Below, one piece after another: positions 48,634 through 59,100 of a stretch of 64,000 nt of DNA; within the stretch, counting starts at the first letter, position 1, and each line of letters begins with the position of its first letter. A program made the position numbers and the translations under genes. A model generated the notes under the pieces. It was not told the DNA's origin. It saw nothing but the letters and a program-made list of their open reading frames with translations, and searched no databases. The stretch is from Beijerinckiaceae bacterium (GTDB lineage: Bacteria; Pseudomonadota; Alphaproteobacteria; Rhizobiales; Beijerinckiaceae), in assembly GCA_036563505.1 (NCBI GenBank), contig DATCMH010000021.1, positions 2,895 to 66,894 on the forward strand. Direction: 5' to 3'.

Positions 48634-49125
48634 ATGGCGGAGCCGGTCACGAAGGAACGGCCCGCGGCCTCGGCGCCGACGCGCACCCGTTATGAGGACG
48701 ATGCCTATACCTGGGCGCTTGAGCAGGTCGCGCTTCTCAAGAGTGGCCACCTCGACGGGCTCGATGTCGAGAACCTGATCGACGAGGTGGGTGACGTGGC
48801 GCGGCGTGAGTACGACAAGTTGGTCGCGGCGCTACGGATCGTTCTCCTGCACATCCTCAAGTGGGACGTCCAACCCGAGCGTCGAACGCGCTCATGGATT
48901 TTGTCGATCATCGAGCACCGGGAGCGCGTCAACGAGAGTCTCGGGGACAATCCCGGTCTGAAAAGCCGCGCCATTGACGCTCTGCATCGCGCCTACAAGG
49001 GGGCACGTGTCGCGGCGGCCCGCGAAACGGATCTCCCGCTCGAAGCCTTTCCGACCGAATGCAGTTACGGCTGGGATGACGTGATGGGTCGCGTGTTCGA
49101 GTTGACCGATACGCCGCAGAGCTGA
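48634..49125 (+). CDS. DUF29 family protein
   Basis: [33 protein letters not shown]....[18 protein letters not shown] matches the DUF29 signature. 12-nt and 5-nt gaps to cobS and cobT. Confidence 0.8.
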   Translation: MAEPVTKERPAASAPTRTRYEDDAYTWALEQVALLKSGHLDGLDVENLIDEVGDVARREYDKLVAALRIVLLHILKWDVQPERRTRSWILSIIEHRERVNESLGDNPGLKSRAIDALHRAYKGARVAAARETDLPLEAFPTECSYGWDDVMGRVFELTDTPQS

Positions 49126-49130
49126 GCCGC

Positions 49131-51032
49131 ATGTCCATCTCCAATCGCAAGCCCGGCGAGAAGAAGGAAGCGCCCTCCGAGCCGCTCAAGCGCTCGGTCG
49201 CGGGCTGCATGCGGGCGATCGCGCGCAAGACGGACCTCGAGGTCACCTACGCCTCTGACCGGCCCGCGCTGCTCGGCGACAAGGCGCGGCTGCCCGAGCC
49301 GCCGCGCAAGCTCTCGCCTGGGGACGTCGCGGTGCTGCGCGGCCACGCGGACGCGATGGCGCTCCGGCTCGCCTGCCACGACACGGCGGTCCACCGCCGC
49401 CTCGCGCCGGAGGGTCAGGCGGCCCGCGCCGTGTTCGACGCCGTCGAGCAGGCCCGCGTCGAGGCGATCGGGGCGCGGCGCATGACGGGCGTCGCCGGCA
49501 ACCTCTCGGCGATGCTGGAGGACCGCTACCACCGCGGCGGCCGCTACGAGGAGATCACCGATCGCGCCGACGCGCCTCTCGAGGACGCCGTGGCGCTCAT
49601 GGTGCGCGAGCGCCTTACCGGCCTTCAGCCTCCGCCCGCGGCCCGCAAGATCGTCGATCTCTGGCGCGATTTCGTAGAGGACAAGGCGGGAGAGGACCTC
49701 GACGACCTGGCCGCCGCGATCGAGAACCAGCGCGGCTTTGCCCGCGCCGTGCGCGACCTCCTCGCCTCACTCGACATGGCCGACGAGGCCAACCTCGATG
49801 CCGAGGACGACGAGAACGACGAGGAGAGTGACGAGAACCAGGATCCTCAGCAGGGGGAGGGCGAGTCCGACGAGCAGTCGCAGGGCGACCAGGCCGAGGT
49901 CGACGTGTCGGACGACGCCTCCGAGGAGGTGGACGAGGGCGCGACGGAGGCCGCTGACGCGCCGACGGGCGAACTCCCCGACGAGTCGGATGAGGCCGAC
50001 AGCGAGGAGGCGTCCGACGCCCGCCGCCCGCCGCCGGCGCAGCGCAACGAGCCCCGCGGCCCGGACTACAAAGTTTTCACGGCGCGCTTCGACGAGGTGA
50101 TCCACGCCGAGGACCTGTGCGATGCCGACGAGCTCGCAAGGCTGCGCGCCTATCTCGACAAGCAGCTCGCCCATCTTCAGGGCGTGGTGGGACGCCTCGC
50201 CAACCGCTTGCAGCGGCGCCTGCTCGCCCAGCAAAACCGGGCCTGGGAGTTCGACCTCGAGGAGGGGTCCCTCGATCCGGCGCGCCTGCCACGCGTCGTG
50301 CTCGACCCCTTCCAGCCCCTCTCCTTCAAGCGCGAGAAGGACACGAACTTCCGTGACACCGTCGTCACGCTTCTCCTCGACAATTCGGGCTCGATGCGGG
50401 GTCGTCCTATCACGGTGGCCGCGACCTGCGCCGATATCCTCGCGCGCACGCTGGAGCGCTGCGGCGTGAAGGTGGAAATCCTCGGCTTCACCACCCGCGC
50501 TTGGAAGGGGGGGCAAGCCCGCGAGCAGTGGCTGCAATCGGGCAAGCCGGCGACCCCTGGCCGCCTCAATGACTTGCGTCATATCGTCTACAAATCCGCC
50601 GACGCGCCCTGGCGCCGGGCGCGCAAGAACCTTGGGCTGATGATGCGCGAGGGCTTGCTCAAGGAGAACATCGACGGCGAGGCGCTCGATTGGGCGCACA
50701 AGCGCCTGCTCGGCCGCCCCGAGCAGCGGCGCATCCTGATGGTGATCTCCGACGGCGCGCCCGTCGACGATTCGACGCTTTCCGTGAACCCGGGCAACTA
50801 CCTCGAGCGGCACCTGCGCTACGTCATCGAGGACATCGAGACCCGCTCGCCCGTCGAGCTCATCGCCATCGGCATCGGCCACGACGTCACGCGCTACTAC
50901 CGCCGCGCCGTCACCATCGTCGATGCCGAGGAACTCGGCGGCGTGATGACGGAGAAGCTCGCCGAGCTGTTCGAAGAGAACGCCGGATCGGCTCCGGCCC
51001 GCGCCCCGCGCCGCGCCGGGGCGCGGGCGTGA
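49131..51032 (+). CDS. cobT: CobT (cobaltochelatase subunit family; VWA domain with acidic linker)
   Basis: 633 aa with a CobT N-domain, a long Asp/Glu-rich linker, and [17 protein letters not shown]. Confidence 0.9.
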   Translation: MSISNRKPGEKKEAPSEPLKRSVAGCMRAIARKTDLEVTYASDRPALLGDKARLPEPPRKLSPGDVAVLRGHADAMALRLACHDTAVHRRLAPEGQAARAVFDAVEQARVEAIGARRMTGVAGNLSAMLEDRYHRGGRYEEITDRADAPLEDAVALMVRERLTGLQPPPAARKIVDLWRDFVEDKAGEDLDDLAAAIENQRGFARAVRDLLASLDMADEANLDAEDDENDEESDENQDPQQGEGESDEQSQGDQAEVDVSDDASEEVDEGATEAADAPTGELPDESDEADSEEASDARRPPPAQRNEPRGPDYKVFTARFDEVIHAEDLCDADELARLRAYLDKQLAHLQGVVGRLANRLQRRLLAQQNRAWEFDLEEGSLDPARLPRVVLDPFQPLSFKREKDTNFRDTVVTLLLDNSGSMRGRPITVAATCADILARTLERCGVKVEILGFTTRAWKGGQAREQWLQSGKPATPGRLNDLRHIVYKSADAPWRRARKNLGLMMREGLLKENIDGEALDWAHKRLLGRPEQRRILMVISDGAPVDDSTLSVNPGNYLERHLRYVIEDIETRSPVELIAIGIGHDVTRYYRRAVTIVDAEELGGVMTEKLAELFEENAGSAPARAPRRAGARA

Positions 51033-52057
51033 GGCTCAGCCGCCGGGGTCTTCTCGCCCTGGGAGGATCGGCCGCCGTCGCCGGCGGGCTCGTCGCCCAC
51101 CGGGCCGCCGCTTTGCCGGCCGGGTCGGACGAGCCGGTCGCGGTCGAGGTTCGGGCCGCCCCGATCGCGAACTTTTCCTTGGCCGAGAAGGACCGCCGCC
51201 GCTTCGGCGCGCTGACCTTCCGCTCCGGTGTCGAGCTGCAAGCTCGCGCTGAGGGCTTTGGCGGCTTCTCCGGCCTGTGGCGCTCCCCCGATGGCCAGAA
51301 CCTCGTCGCGATCACCGACAATGCCCAATGGTTCACCGCCCGCGTCGCGACACAGGAGGGCCGCCTCGCGGGGCTCGCCGACGCCGTCCTGGCGCCGCTC
51401 CTCGGTCAGGACGGCAAGCCGCTGCGCCGCACCCGCGCCTACGATTCGGAAGGCCTCGCGATTGTCGGCGGCACGGCCTACGTCTCGTTCGAGCGCGTCC
51501 ATGAGGTGCGGCGCTTCGACTGGGGGCGGGACGGGGTCAAGGCCCGAGGCGCTCCCCTTGCCGTGCCCCCGGAGGCCAAGCGCCTGCCTTCCAACAAGAG
51601 CCTGGAGGCCATAGGCGTCGCGCCAGCCCGGCACCTGCTCGCCGGCGCGGTGATCGCCATCGCCGAGCGCGCCCGCGGCGAGGACGATCCGACGCAAGGC
51701 TTCATCCTCACCGGTCCGCGACGCGGCAGCTTCGACGTCGCCCGCTCGGACGGGTTCGACGTCACGGACCTCGTCTTCCTGCCCTCAGGCGAAATGCTGA
51801 TCCTGGAGCGCCGGTTCTCGGTGCTGCGCGGGGTCGCCTGCCGCCTGAGGCGGGTCGCGCCCGAGGCGCTCCGCCCCGGCGCCCTCGTCGACGGCCCGGT
51901 GATCTTCGCAGCCGACGGCACCTGCCAGATCGACAACATGGAGGGGGTCAGCCTGCATACGGGGCCGCAGGGCGAGATCGTGCTGACGCTGATCTCCGAC
52001 GACAATTTCTCGGCCCTGCAACGGACCTTGCTTCTCGAGTTCACCCTCGAGGAGTGA
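51029..52057 (+). CDS. Esterase-like activity of phytase family protein, Tat-exported
   Basis: GTG 51029 overlaps the cobT TGA (GTGA). Twin-arginine signal [19 protein letters not shown]. Beta-propeller-like body. Confidence 0.72.
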   Translation: MRLSRRGLLALGGSAAVAGGLVAHRAAALPAGSDEPVAVEVRAAPIANFSLAEKDRRRFGALTFRSGVELQARAEGFGGFSGLWRSPDGQNLVAITDNAQWFTARVATQEGRLAGLADAVLAPLLGQDGKPLRRTRAYDSEGLAIVGGTAYVSFERVHEVRRFDWGRDGVKARGAPLAVPPEAKRLPSNKSLEAIGVAPARHLLAGAVIAIAERARGEDDPTQGFILTGPRRGSFDVARSDGFDVTDLVFLPSGEMLILERRFSVLRGVACRLRRVAPEALRPGALVDGPVIFAADGTCQIDNMEGVSLHTGPQGEIVLTLISDDNFSALQRTLLLEFTLEE

Positions 52058-52065
52058 GGCCGCGC

Positions 52066-52091
52066 ACGAAGAAGGCGGCCTCTCGGCCGCC
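52066..52091 (-). terminator. Terminator hairpin after rpmB (possibly bidirectional)
   Basis: GGCGGCC-TCTC-GGCCGCC (52074-52091). On the minus strand it is followed by TTCTTC. Confidence 0.45.
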
Positions 52092-52121
52092 CTCAGGAGA
52101 ACTCGGGAAGGAGGGAGGCGC

Positions 52122-52412
52122 TCAGCTCGCGTCGGCGAGCTTCTTGGCGATCTCGCGCTTCAGAAGACGGGCGCCCTGCGACAGGTCCGTCTCGCCGGCC
52201 TTGGCCAGGAAGGCGTCGAGCCCGCCGCGGTGCTCGACCGAGCGCAGCGCGTGAGCCGTGATCCGCAGGCGTACCGAGCGGCCGAGCGTGTCGGACTGGA
52301 GCGTGACGTTGCAGAGGTTCGGCAGGAACTTCCGCTTGGTCTTGCGGTTCGAGTGGCTCACGAGGTGGCCGGAAAGCACGGCCTTGCCGGTGAGTTCGCA
52401 GCGGCGCGACAT
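52122..52412 (-). CDS. rpmB: 50S ribosomal protein L28
   Basis: [33 protein letters not shown] is the L28 signature. The remainder of ORF 52122..53834 is rejected. Confidence 0.95.
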   Translation of the reverse strand: MSRRCELTGKAVLSGHLVSHSNRKTKRKFLPNLCNVTLQSDTLGRSVRLRITAHALRSVEHRGGLDAFLAKAGETDLSQGARLLKREIAKKLADAS

Positions 52413-52526
52413 GATGACGTTACCTTCAAGCTGTCGTCTGAGGCATCGCGGGCGCCGCGCGAAGCGGCGGGATCGGAACGATACCGCCGGGACGACCGGA
52501 CGCGAAAAGTCCTTGGAAGGCCGCGC

Positions 52527-52555
52527 ATATAGGCGATCGGCCCGAAGCTCGTCAA
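52527..52555 (-). promoter_or_regulatory. Sigma70-type promoter candidate for rpmB
   Basis: Minus strand reads TTGACG-N17-CTATAT. Implies a leader of about 105 nt. Confidence 0.5.
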
Positions 52556-52667
52556 GGATGACGCGCGGCGGCGCTCGCTTTTCGTGGCCGGTGGGGTCAC
52601 GATTCCACCCGATTCGCGCGTGACAGACGCGGGATCTCACGCGCGACTCATCGAAGGACCGGCCCGG

Positions 52668-53513
52668 ATGCGGCACGTCGGAACGATCGTTACGGCTCTC
52701 CTGGCCGTCGTGCCGGGGCTCGGCGCGGCCTCGGCCACCACGCTGAATGCGGAATACGCCATCTCGCTCGCCGGTCTGACGGTCGGGATGGCCGACCTCG
52801 CGACGACGGTGGAAGGCGACAAGTACAGGCTTCAGCTCAATGCCCGCACGGTGGGCCTCGCGGGCGCGTTCAGCAACGCCAAGGGCGCGGCCAACGCCGC
52901 CGGCAGCGTCGCGCCGGGCCGCCCCCCCGTGCCCGGCTCCTTCGCCGTCCTGACCCGCGCCTCGAGCGATCAGCGCAGCGTGCGGATCGGCATCGCCAAC
53001 GGCAACGTGGCGGCGGTCGACATCACGCCGCCCCTCGACCCGAAGCCGGACCGGGTGCCTCTCAAGGACAGCCACAAGCGCGGCATCGTCGATCCCTTGA
53101 GCGCGCTCATCATGCCTGCGGTGGCAGGCTCGGGCGACCTCCTCGACCCGGCGAACTGCAACCGCACCCTGCCGATCTTCGACGGCGGGGCGCGCTACGA
53201 CGTCACCTTGAGCTTCGCCGAGACCCGCCGGGTCGAGCGCCCCGGCTTCGCCGGCCCGGTGCTCGTCTGCAATGCCCGCTGGACGCCGATCGCCGGCCAT
53301 CGCTCCGAGCGGCCCGCCACCAAGTTCATGCAGGAGAACCAGGACATCTCGGTCTGGCTCGCGCCGATCGAGGGCACGCGGGTGCTGATTCCCTTGCGCA
53401 TCTCTGTGGCGACGATGATCGGCACGAGCGTGATCGAGGCGCAGCGCTGGAGCCAGAGCGGTGAGGGCAAGCCCGCGCCGGCAAAGCCGCAGCGTCGGGC
53501 CGGAGCCGACTAG
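52668..53513 (+). CDS. DUF3108 domain protein (secreted)
   Basis: Internal ATG 52668. Signal peptide [26 protein letters not shown]3108-like beta-rich body. Confidence 0.7.
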   Translation: MRHVGTIVTALLAVVPGLGAASATTLNAEYAISLAGLTVGMADLATTVEGDKYRLQLNARTVGLAGAFSNAKGAANAAGSVAPGRPPVPGSFAVLTRASSDQRSVRIGIANGNVAAVDITPPLDPKPDRVPLKDSHKRGIVDPLSALIMPAVAGSGDLLDPANCNRTLPIFDGGARYDVTLSFAETRRVERPGFAGPVLVCNARWTPIAGHRSERPATKFMQENQDISVWLAPIEGTRVLIPLRISVATMIGTSVIEAQRWSQSGEGKPAPAKPQRRAGAD

Positions 53514-53571
53514 GGTTCCTATCGCGGGGGCAAAGAACGCGCCCTGACGAAGCCTCAAGAACAACGAACGC

Positions 53572-54159
53572 TCACAGACGCAAGCCGGCGAGCGCCATCT
53601 CGGCCACGCCCCGCAGGGTGTCGCGGCTTGACCCGCTCGCGGCCTGAACCGCCATGCCCTGAAATACGGTCGCGATGAAGGTGGCGAGCGCCACGGGATC
53701 GACCTCGGGCGCGAGGTCGCCCTCGTCTCTCGCCCGTTCGAGCCGGGCTCGGATCGCCGCCTCGCTGGCGCGCCGCTGCGCGGCCAGGTCGGCCTGTGCC
53801 GCGGCGCCCGCGTCGCTGCATGCAAGCGCACCATGGATCGCCAGGCAGCCCGGAGGACGGCCCGGAGCCGTCAGCTCGTCTGCCGCCTCGCGCAGCAAGC
53901 GCGCGACTGCGGCCTGGACGCTCGGCTCCGCCAGAGCCCGGCCGACGAACGATCCAGGGCCTTCGACGTAGCGCTGCAAAACGGCGCGAAAGAGCGACTG
54001 CTTGTCCCCGAAAGCCGCGTAGAGGCTCGGCCGGTTGATGCCCATCGCGGCCGTGAGGTCCGAGAGCGCGGCGCCCTCGTAGCCCTTGCGCCAGAACACC
54101 TCGAGGGCGCGATCCAACACGTCGTCCTTGCTGAAGGCGCGGGGCCGACCAGCAGGCAC
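53572..54159 (-). CDS. TetR/AcrR family transcriptional regulator
   Basis: GTG 54159 after [35 protein letters not shown]. The upstream part of ORF 53572..55017 is rejected. Confidence 0.88.
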   Translation of the reverse strand: MPAGRPRAFSKDDVLDRALEVFWRKGYEGAALSDLTAAMGINRPSLYAAFGDKQSLFRAVLQRYVEGPGSFVGRALAEPSVQAAVARLLREAADELTAPGRPPGCLAIHGALACSDAGAAAQADLAAQRRASEAAIRARLERARDEGDLAPEVDPVALATFIATVFQGMAVQAASGSSRDTLRGVAEMALAGLRL

Positions 54160-54231
54160 GGCGATCCTCCTCGGAAAAAATTTACCGGCCGATATATATT
54201 CTGCTTGCCTCGTCCCGTCGACCTCTGCATC

Positions 54232-54247
54232 TATACCGAACGGTACA
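54232..54247. promoter_or_regulatory. Candidate TetR operator in the divergent TetR/SDR spacer
   Basis: Inverted repeat TATACCG-AA-CGGTACA in an AT-richer 105-bp spacer, 18 nt upstream of the SDR ATG. Confidence 0.3.
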
Positions 54248-54264
54248 GATTTAGGAGACGACGG

Positions 54265-55008
54265 ATGAACATCGATCTGACGGGCAAGGTGGCCCTGGTC
54301 ACGGGAGCCTCGCGTGGCATTGGCGCGGCAACCGCGCTGGCCTTGGCGCAAGCCGGAGCCGACGTGGCGATCAGCCATGCCAACTCGGCCGAGGCCGCCG
54401 AAACGGTGGCCAAAAACATCCGAGCGCTCGGCCGGCGGGCCGAAGTGATCCGCGCCGACCAGGCCGACCCGGCAGCTGTCGACGCGCTGGTGCGGAGCGT
54501 CGCCGAGGGGTTCGGCCGGCTCGACATCCTCGTCAACAACGCCGGCGTGTTCGCCACCGGGATGGTCGGGGAAACCACGGACGCGGATTACGAACGGCAG
54601 TTCGCCGTGAACGTGCGCGCCGTCTTCGCGGCGGTGCGTACGGCTTCGACGGTGATGGGGGAGGGCGGGCGCATCATCTCGACGGGCTCGGTTCTCGGCG
54701 ACCGCACACCGTTTCCCGGCGGGTCGATTTACAGCGCGACGAAGGCCGCGGTTGCTTCGCTGACGCGCGGGTGGGCGCGCGACCTTGCTTCCCGCGGCAT
54801 CACGGTCAACGCGGTGCAGCCCGGGCCCATCGACACCGAGATGAACCCGGCAAACGGCGATCATGCAGCTGCGCTCACAGCCGGCACGGCGCTCGGACGT
54901 TACGGCCGGCCGGAGGAAATCGCCGCTGCCGTCGTGTTCCTCGCCTCTCCCCAGGCGTCCTACATCACCGGCACGACGCTCGACGTCGACGGCGGCTACA
55001 ACGCCTGA
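54265..55008 (+). CDS. SDR family oxidoreductase
   Basis: TGASRGIG cofactor motif, NNAG, and catalytic YSATK. Confidence 0.9.
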   Translation: MNIDLTGKVALVTGASRGIGAATALALAQAGADVAISHANSAEAAETVAKNIRALGRRAEVIRADQADPAAVDALVRSVAEGFGRLDILVNNAGVFATGMVGETTDADYERQFAVNVRAVFAAVRTASTVMGEGGRIISTGSVLGDRTPFPGGSIYSATKAAVASLTRGWARDLASRGITVNAVQPGPIDTEMNPANGDHAAALTAGTALGRYGRPEEIAAAVVFLASPQASYITGTTLDVDGGYNA

Positions 55009-55019
55009 GGAGGGCAACG

Positions 55020-55670
55020 ATGATCACCCTCTACGGTCACGGCTCGCCCAATCCGCACAAGGTCGCCATCGCGCTCGAGGAGCTCGGGCTTCCTTACGAG
55101 GCGAAGGTCATCGACACCGGCGCGGGCGAGCAGCACGAGCCCTGGTTCACGGCTTTGAGCCCCAACGCCAAGGTCCCGGCCATCGTCGACCACGACGCCG
55201 GACGGATCGTGTATGAGTCGAATGCGATCCTGATCTACCTGGCCGACAAGACCGGTCGCCTATTGCCGCCGGGCGGAGACCCGGAGCGCGACGAGGCGCT
55301 CCAGCTCCTGTTCGTGCAGGCAAGCAGCATGGGTCCGATGTTCGGTCAGCGGGCCTGGTTTGCGCTCTTCGCGCCGGAGAAGCCGCCGTCCGCCATCGAG
55401 CGCTATGTCCAGCAAGCCGATCGGATCGAGGCGGTGCTCGACGGGCTGCTCGCCGGACGGGAGCACTTCCTTCGCAGCGGCTACTCCGTGGTCGACATCG
55501 CGGTGTTCGGCTGGGCGTGGTGCGCCGTGCATCAGGGATTTGCCATCGACGACCACCCGAATCTCGCGGCTTGGTACGATCGCGTGGCGGCTCGCCCGGC
55601 CGTGCAGAAGGGCGTCACCGTTCCGCTGCCCTTGCCCGACTTCACGCCGTTTCGGCAAAGGGCTGCCTGA
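55020..55670 (+). CDS. Glutathione S-transferase family protein
   Basis: Internal ATG 55020. Thioredoxin-like N-domain (KVPAIVD..IVYESNAILIYL) and an alpha-helical C-domain. Confidence 0.88.
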   Translation: MITLYGHGSPNPHKVAIALEELGLPYEAKVIDTGAGEQHEPWFTALSPNAKVPAIVDHDAGRIVYESNAILIYLADKTGRLLPPGGDPERDEALQLLFVQASSMGPMFGQRAWFALFAPEKPPSAIERYVQQADRIEAVLDGLLAGREHFLRSGYSVVDIAVFGWAWCAVHQGFAIDDHPNLAAWYDRVAARPAVQKGVTVPLPLPDFTPFRQRAA

Positions 55671-55739
55671 CCAGAGGGCGTCAGACCAGGCCTTGCATCG
55701 CTCTTGCATCGCTGGGCGCCGAGAGAGCGACAAAGGCCC

Positions 55740-56012
55740 ATGCTGAGACACTTATGCCTCGCGATCCTCACCGCACTGGCGGTTTGTCCGGCGCGGGCGA
55801 ACACCGTCGGTTGCGGCGGGAATGCCGACACGTATGCCGAGGTTGTCGAGCGTCGCCCGCGGGAGCGCTCGCGCGGACCGGTCATGAGCGTTCCTGAAAC
55901 GCTCTGCGCCGATCTGATCGAGCGCCGGTCCGGTCAGATCGATTCGCTCCACGTCACGATCGGCGAGCCGGCCACGGCACAGCAGCGGCCGCGTCCCCGC
56001 GACCCCCGGTAG
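55740..56012 (+). CDS. Possible small secreted protein (90 aa)
   Basis: Signal-like MLRHLCLAILTALAVCPARA. GC3 is visibly lower than in neighbouring genes, so either foreign or not a real gene. Confidence 0.35.
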   Translation: MLRHLCLAILTALAVCPARANTVGCGGNADTYAEVVERRPRERSRGPVMSVPETLCADLIERRSGQIDSLHVTIGEPATAQQRPRPRDPR

Positions 56013-56126
56013 CGAAACGCGTCGCCAAACCCCATATCAGGGGCTCGCCCTCAAGGCTTCCAGCCGTTCGCCCGATCCGCGGCTCGCCCATGCTGGAACC
56101 CGCACCCCCGGCCCGACTTCCTCCGC

Positions 56127-59100
56127 ATGGCCCGTCGTTCGCTGAGCCCGCAACAGCGCTCCCGTGGCGTTACCGCCGTCCTGGGGCCGACCAATACGGG
56201 CAAGACCCACCTCGCCATCGAGCGCATGCTCGGCCACGATTCCGGCATGATCGGCCTGCCCCTGCGGCTGCTGGCGCGGGAGGTCTACCAGCGCGTGGTG
56301 GAGAAGGCGGGCGTCAACAACGTCGCCCTCGTCACGGGCGAGGAGAAGATCAAGCCGGAGCGCCCGCGCTACTGGATCTCCACCGTCGAGGCGATGCCCC
56401 GCGACCTCGACGTGTCCTTCGTCGCCGTCGATGAGATCCAGCTCGCCGCCGACCTCGACCGCGGCCACGTTTTCACCGACAGGTTGCTCAACCAGCGCGG
56501 GCGCTCCGAGACCCTGCTCATCGGCTCGGGCACCATGCGGCCCCTCGTCGAGGCGCTGCTGCCCGGCGTCCACGTCGTCACGCGCCCGCGCCTGTCGAAG
56601 CTCACCTTCGCCGGCGAGAAAAAGCTCTCGCGCCTTCCCCCGCGCACGGCCATCGTCGCCTTCTCGGCGGAGGAGGTCTACGCCATCGCCGAGCTGATCC
56701 GCCGCCAGCGCGGCGGAGCGGCGGTGGTGCTCGGCGCGCTCTCGCCGCGCACCCGCAACGCTCAGGTCGATCTCTACCAGTCGGGCGATGTGCAGTACCT
56801 CATCGCCACGGACGCGGTCGGGATGGGGCTCAACCTCGACGTCGACCACGTGGCCTTCGCCGGCAGCGCCAAGTTCGACGGGGTTCGCTTTCGGAAACTC
56901 TACCCGCCCGAGATCGGCCAGATCGCCGGCCGCGCCGGACGTCACCTGCGCGACGGCACCTTCGGCACCACGGGCCGCTGTCCGCCTTTCGACGCTGAAC
57001 TCATCGAACAGCTCGAGAGCCACCAGTTCGAGCCGGTCAAGGTTCTACAGTGGCGCAACCCCGACCTGGAGTTCTCGTCGGTGGCGAAGCTCCAGGAGAG
57101 CCTGGCCGAGCAGCCGCGCGACCTCGGCCTGCTGCGGGCGCCCATGGCCGAGGACGTCGCGGCCCTGGAGATCGTGTCCCGCGACGAGGAGGTTCGCGGC
57201 TTGGCCCGGGGCAGGGCCGCGGTGGAGCGCCTCTGGGACGTCTGCCAGGTTCCCGACTACCGCAAGGTCTCGCCCGCGACCCATGCCGACCTCGTGTCGC
57301 AGCTCTATCGCTTCCTGATGCAGGACGGGGTGGTGCGCCCCGACTGGTTCGCTCGCCACGTCGCCCTGCTCGATCGGGTCGAGGGCGACATCGACACGCT
57401 CTCGAACCGCATCGCCCAGGTGCGGACCTGGACCTTCGTCGCCAACCGGCCGGACTGGTTGGCCGACCCCGAGCATTGGCAGGGCGTGACGCGTCAGGTA
57501 GAGGACAGGCTTTCGGACGCGCTTCACGAGCGGCTGGCCCAGCGCTTCGTCGATCGGCGCACCAGCGTCCTCATGCGGCGCTTGAGAGAGAACGCGATGC
57601 TCGAAGCGGACATCACGGCGACCGGCGACGTCACCGTCGAGGGACAGCACGTCGGTCACCTGCACGGCTTCCAGTTCGTGCCGGATCCGCTGGCGGGCGG
57701 CGAGGAAGCGAAAACCTTGCGCAACGCCGCGGCGAAGGCGCTGGCCGGCGAGATCGACGCCCGCGCCGAACGCTTCTCCCTGGCGCCGGATACGTCCCTC
57801 GTTCTGTCCAACGACGGGACGATCCGCTGGCAGGGCGATCCGGTCGCAAAGCTCGAGCCGGGCGACAAGCTCTACGAGCCAAAGCTGCGGCTCTTGGCCG
57901 ACGAGCAGCTCACGGGTCCATCCCGGGACAAGGTGGAGACCCGCCTCAAGGCCTGGCTGAAAGCCCATGTCGTGCGGCTGCTCGGGCCCGCGCTGCACCT
58001 GGAGGAGGCGCCGGAACTCAGCGGCCTCGCCCGCGGCATCGGCTTCCAGGTGGCCGAGGCGCTCGGCGTTCTGGAGCGCTCCCGCGTGCTGCAGGAGGTT
58101 CGCGGCCTCGACCAGGAGGGCCGCGCCTCCTTGCGCAAGCTCGGCCTTCGCTTCGGCGCTTATCACCTCTACCTGCCGGCCCTGCTCAAGCCCGGTCCCC
58201 GGACGCTCGCGGCCCAGCTCTGGGCCCTGCGCAACGGCGGCCTCGACCAGAAGGGCCTCGACGAGATCGCGCACCTCGCCGCGTCCGGCCGCACCTCCAT
58301 TCCGGTTGATACCGAGATCGCGAAGGGCCTGTATCGGGCCGCGGGCTTCCGTGTCTGCGGCGGACGGGCGGTGCGCGTCGACATCCTGGAGCGCCTCGCC
58401 GACCAGATCCGCCCCGCCATCGCCTATCGTCCCGGCGTCACCCCGGGGGAGCCGCCGCCCGGGGCTGCCGACGGGGAAGGCTTCGTGCCCACCGTCACCA
58501 TGACGTCCCTCGTCGGCTGCTCGGGAGAGGATTTCGCCTCGATCCTGCGCTCGCTCGGCTACGTCTCGGACCGACGGCCGGGTCCGGCGATCACCGTGCC
58601 GCTCGTGGCAGCGCCCGCGCCGATCGTGCCGCCGACGGCCGTCCAGACCGCGCCGGACGTTGCTGCCGAGGCCGCTGCCGACGTTCCCGCGACGGATGGG
58701 GCAACGGACGCAACTGCCGGTGCCGATCTCTCCGCCGTGGCCCATGGCCAAGTGGACGATGCCGCCACGGCCGAGCCCGTCGCGGGGCCGGACGGGGGCG
58801 ATGCGGTCGAGACCGCCGAAGCCACGCCGGCTTCGGACGGGGCGGACCCCGCGGCCGAGCCGACCCCTGTACCCGACTCCGACGTCGCAGCGGCCCCGGC
58901 CCTCGTCGAAACCGCCGCCGAAGAGGCGGCCGTGACGGCGGAGCTCGCGGTCGAGATGGCTGCCGCGTCCGACGCAGTCGCGGCGGCGAGCGTCGAGCCG
59001 GCGGCAGCGGAGCCCTCCGCCGATGCGCCCGCCCTCGATGCTCCTGCTCCCGAGATGCCCTCCGCCGAGGTGGCTGCGCCCGCCGAGGCCGAACTCCTTG

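Noticed and set aside
52413-55017. N-terminal extensions of ORFs 52122..53834 (-) and 53572..55017 (-)
   Set aside because: Only the 96-aa L28 and the 195-aa TetR parts match known families and have SDs. The extensions overlap the DUF3108 and SDR genes on the other strand.
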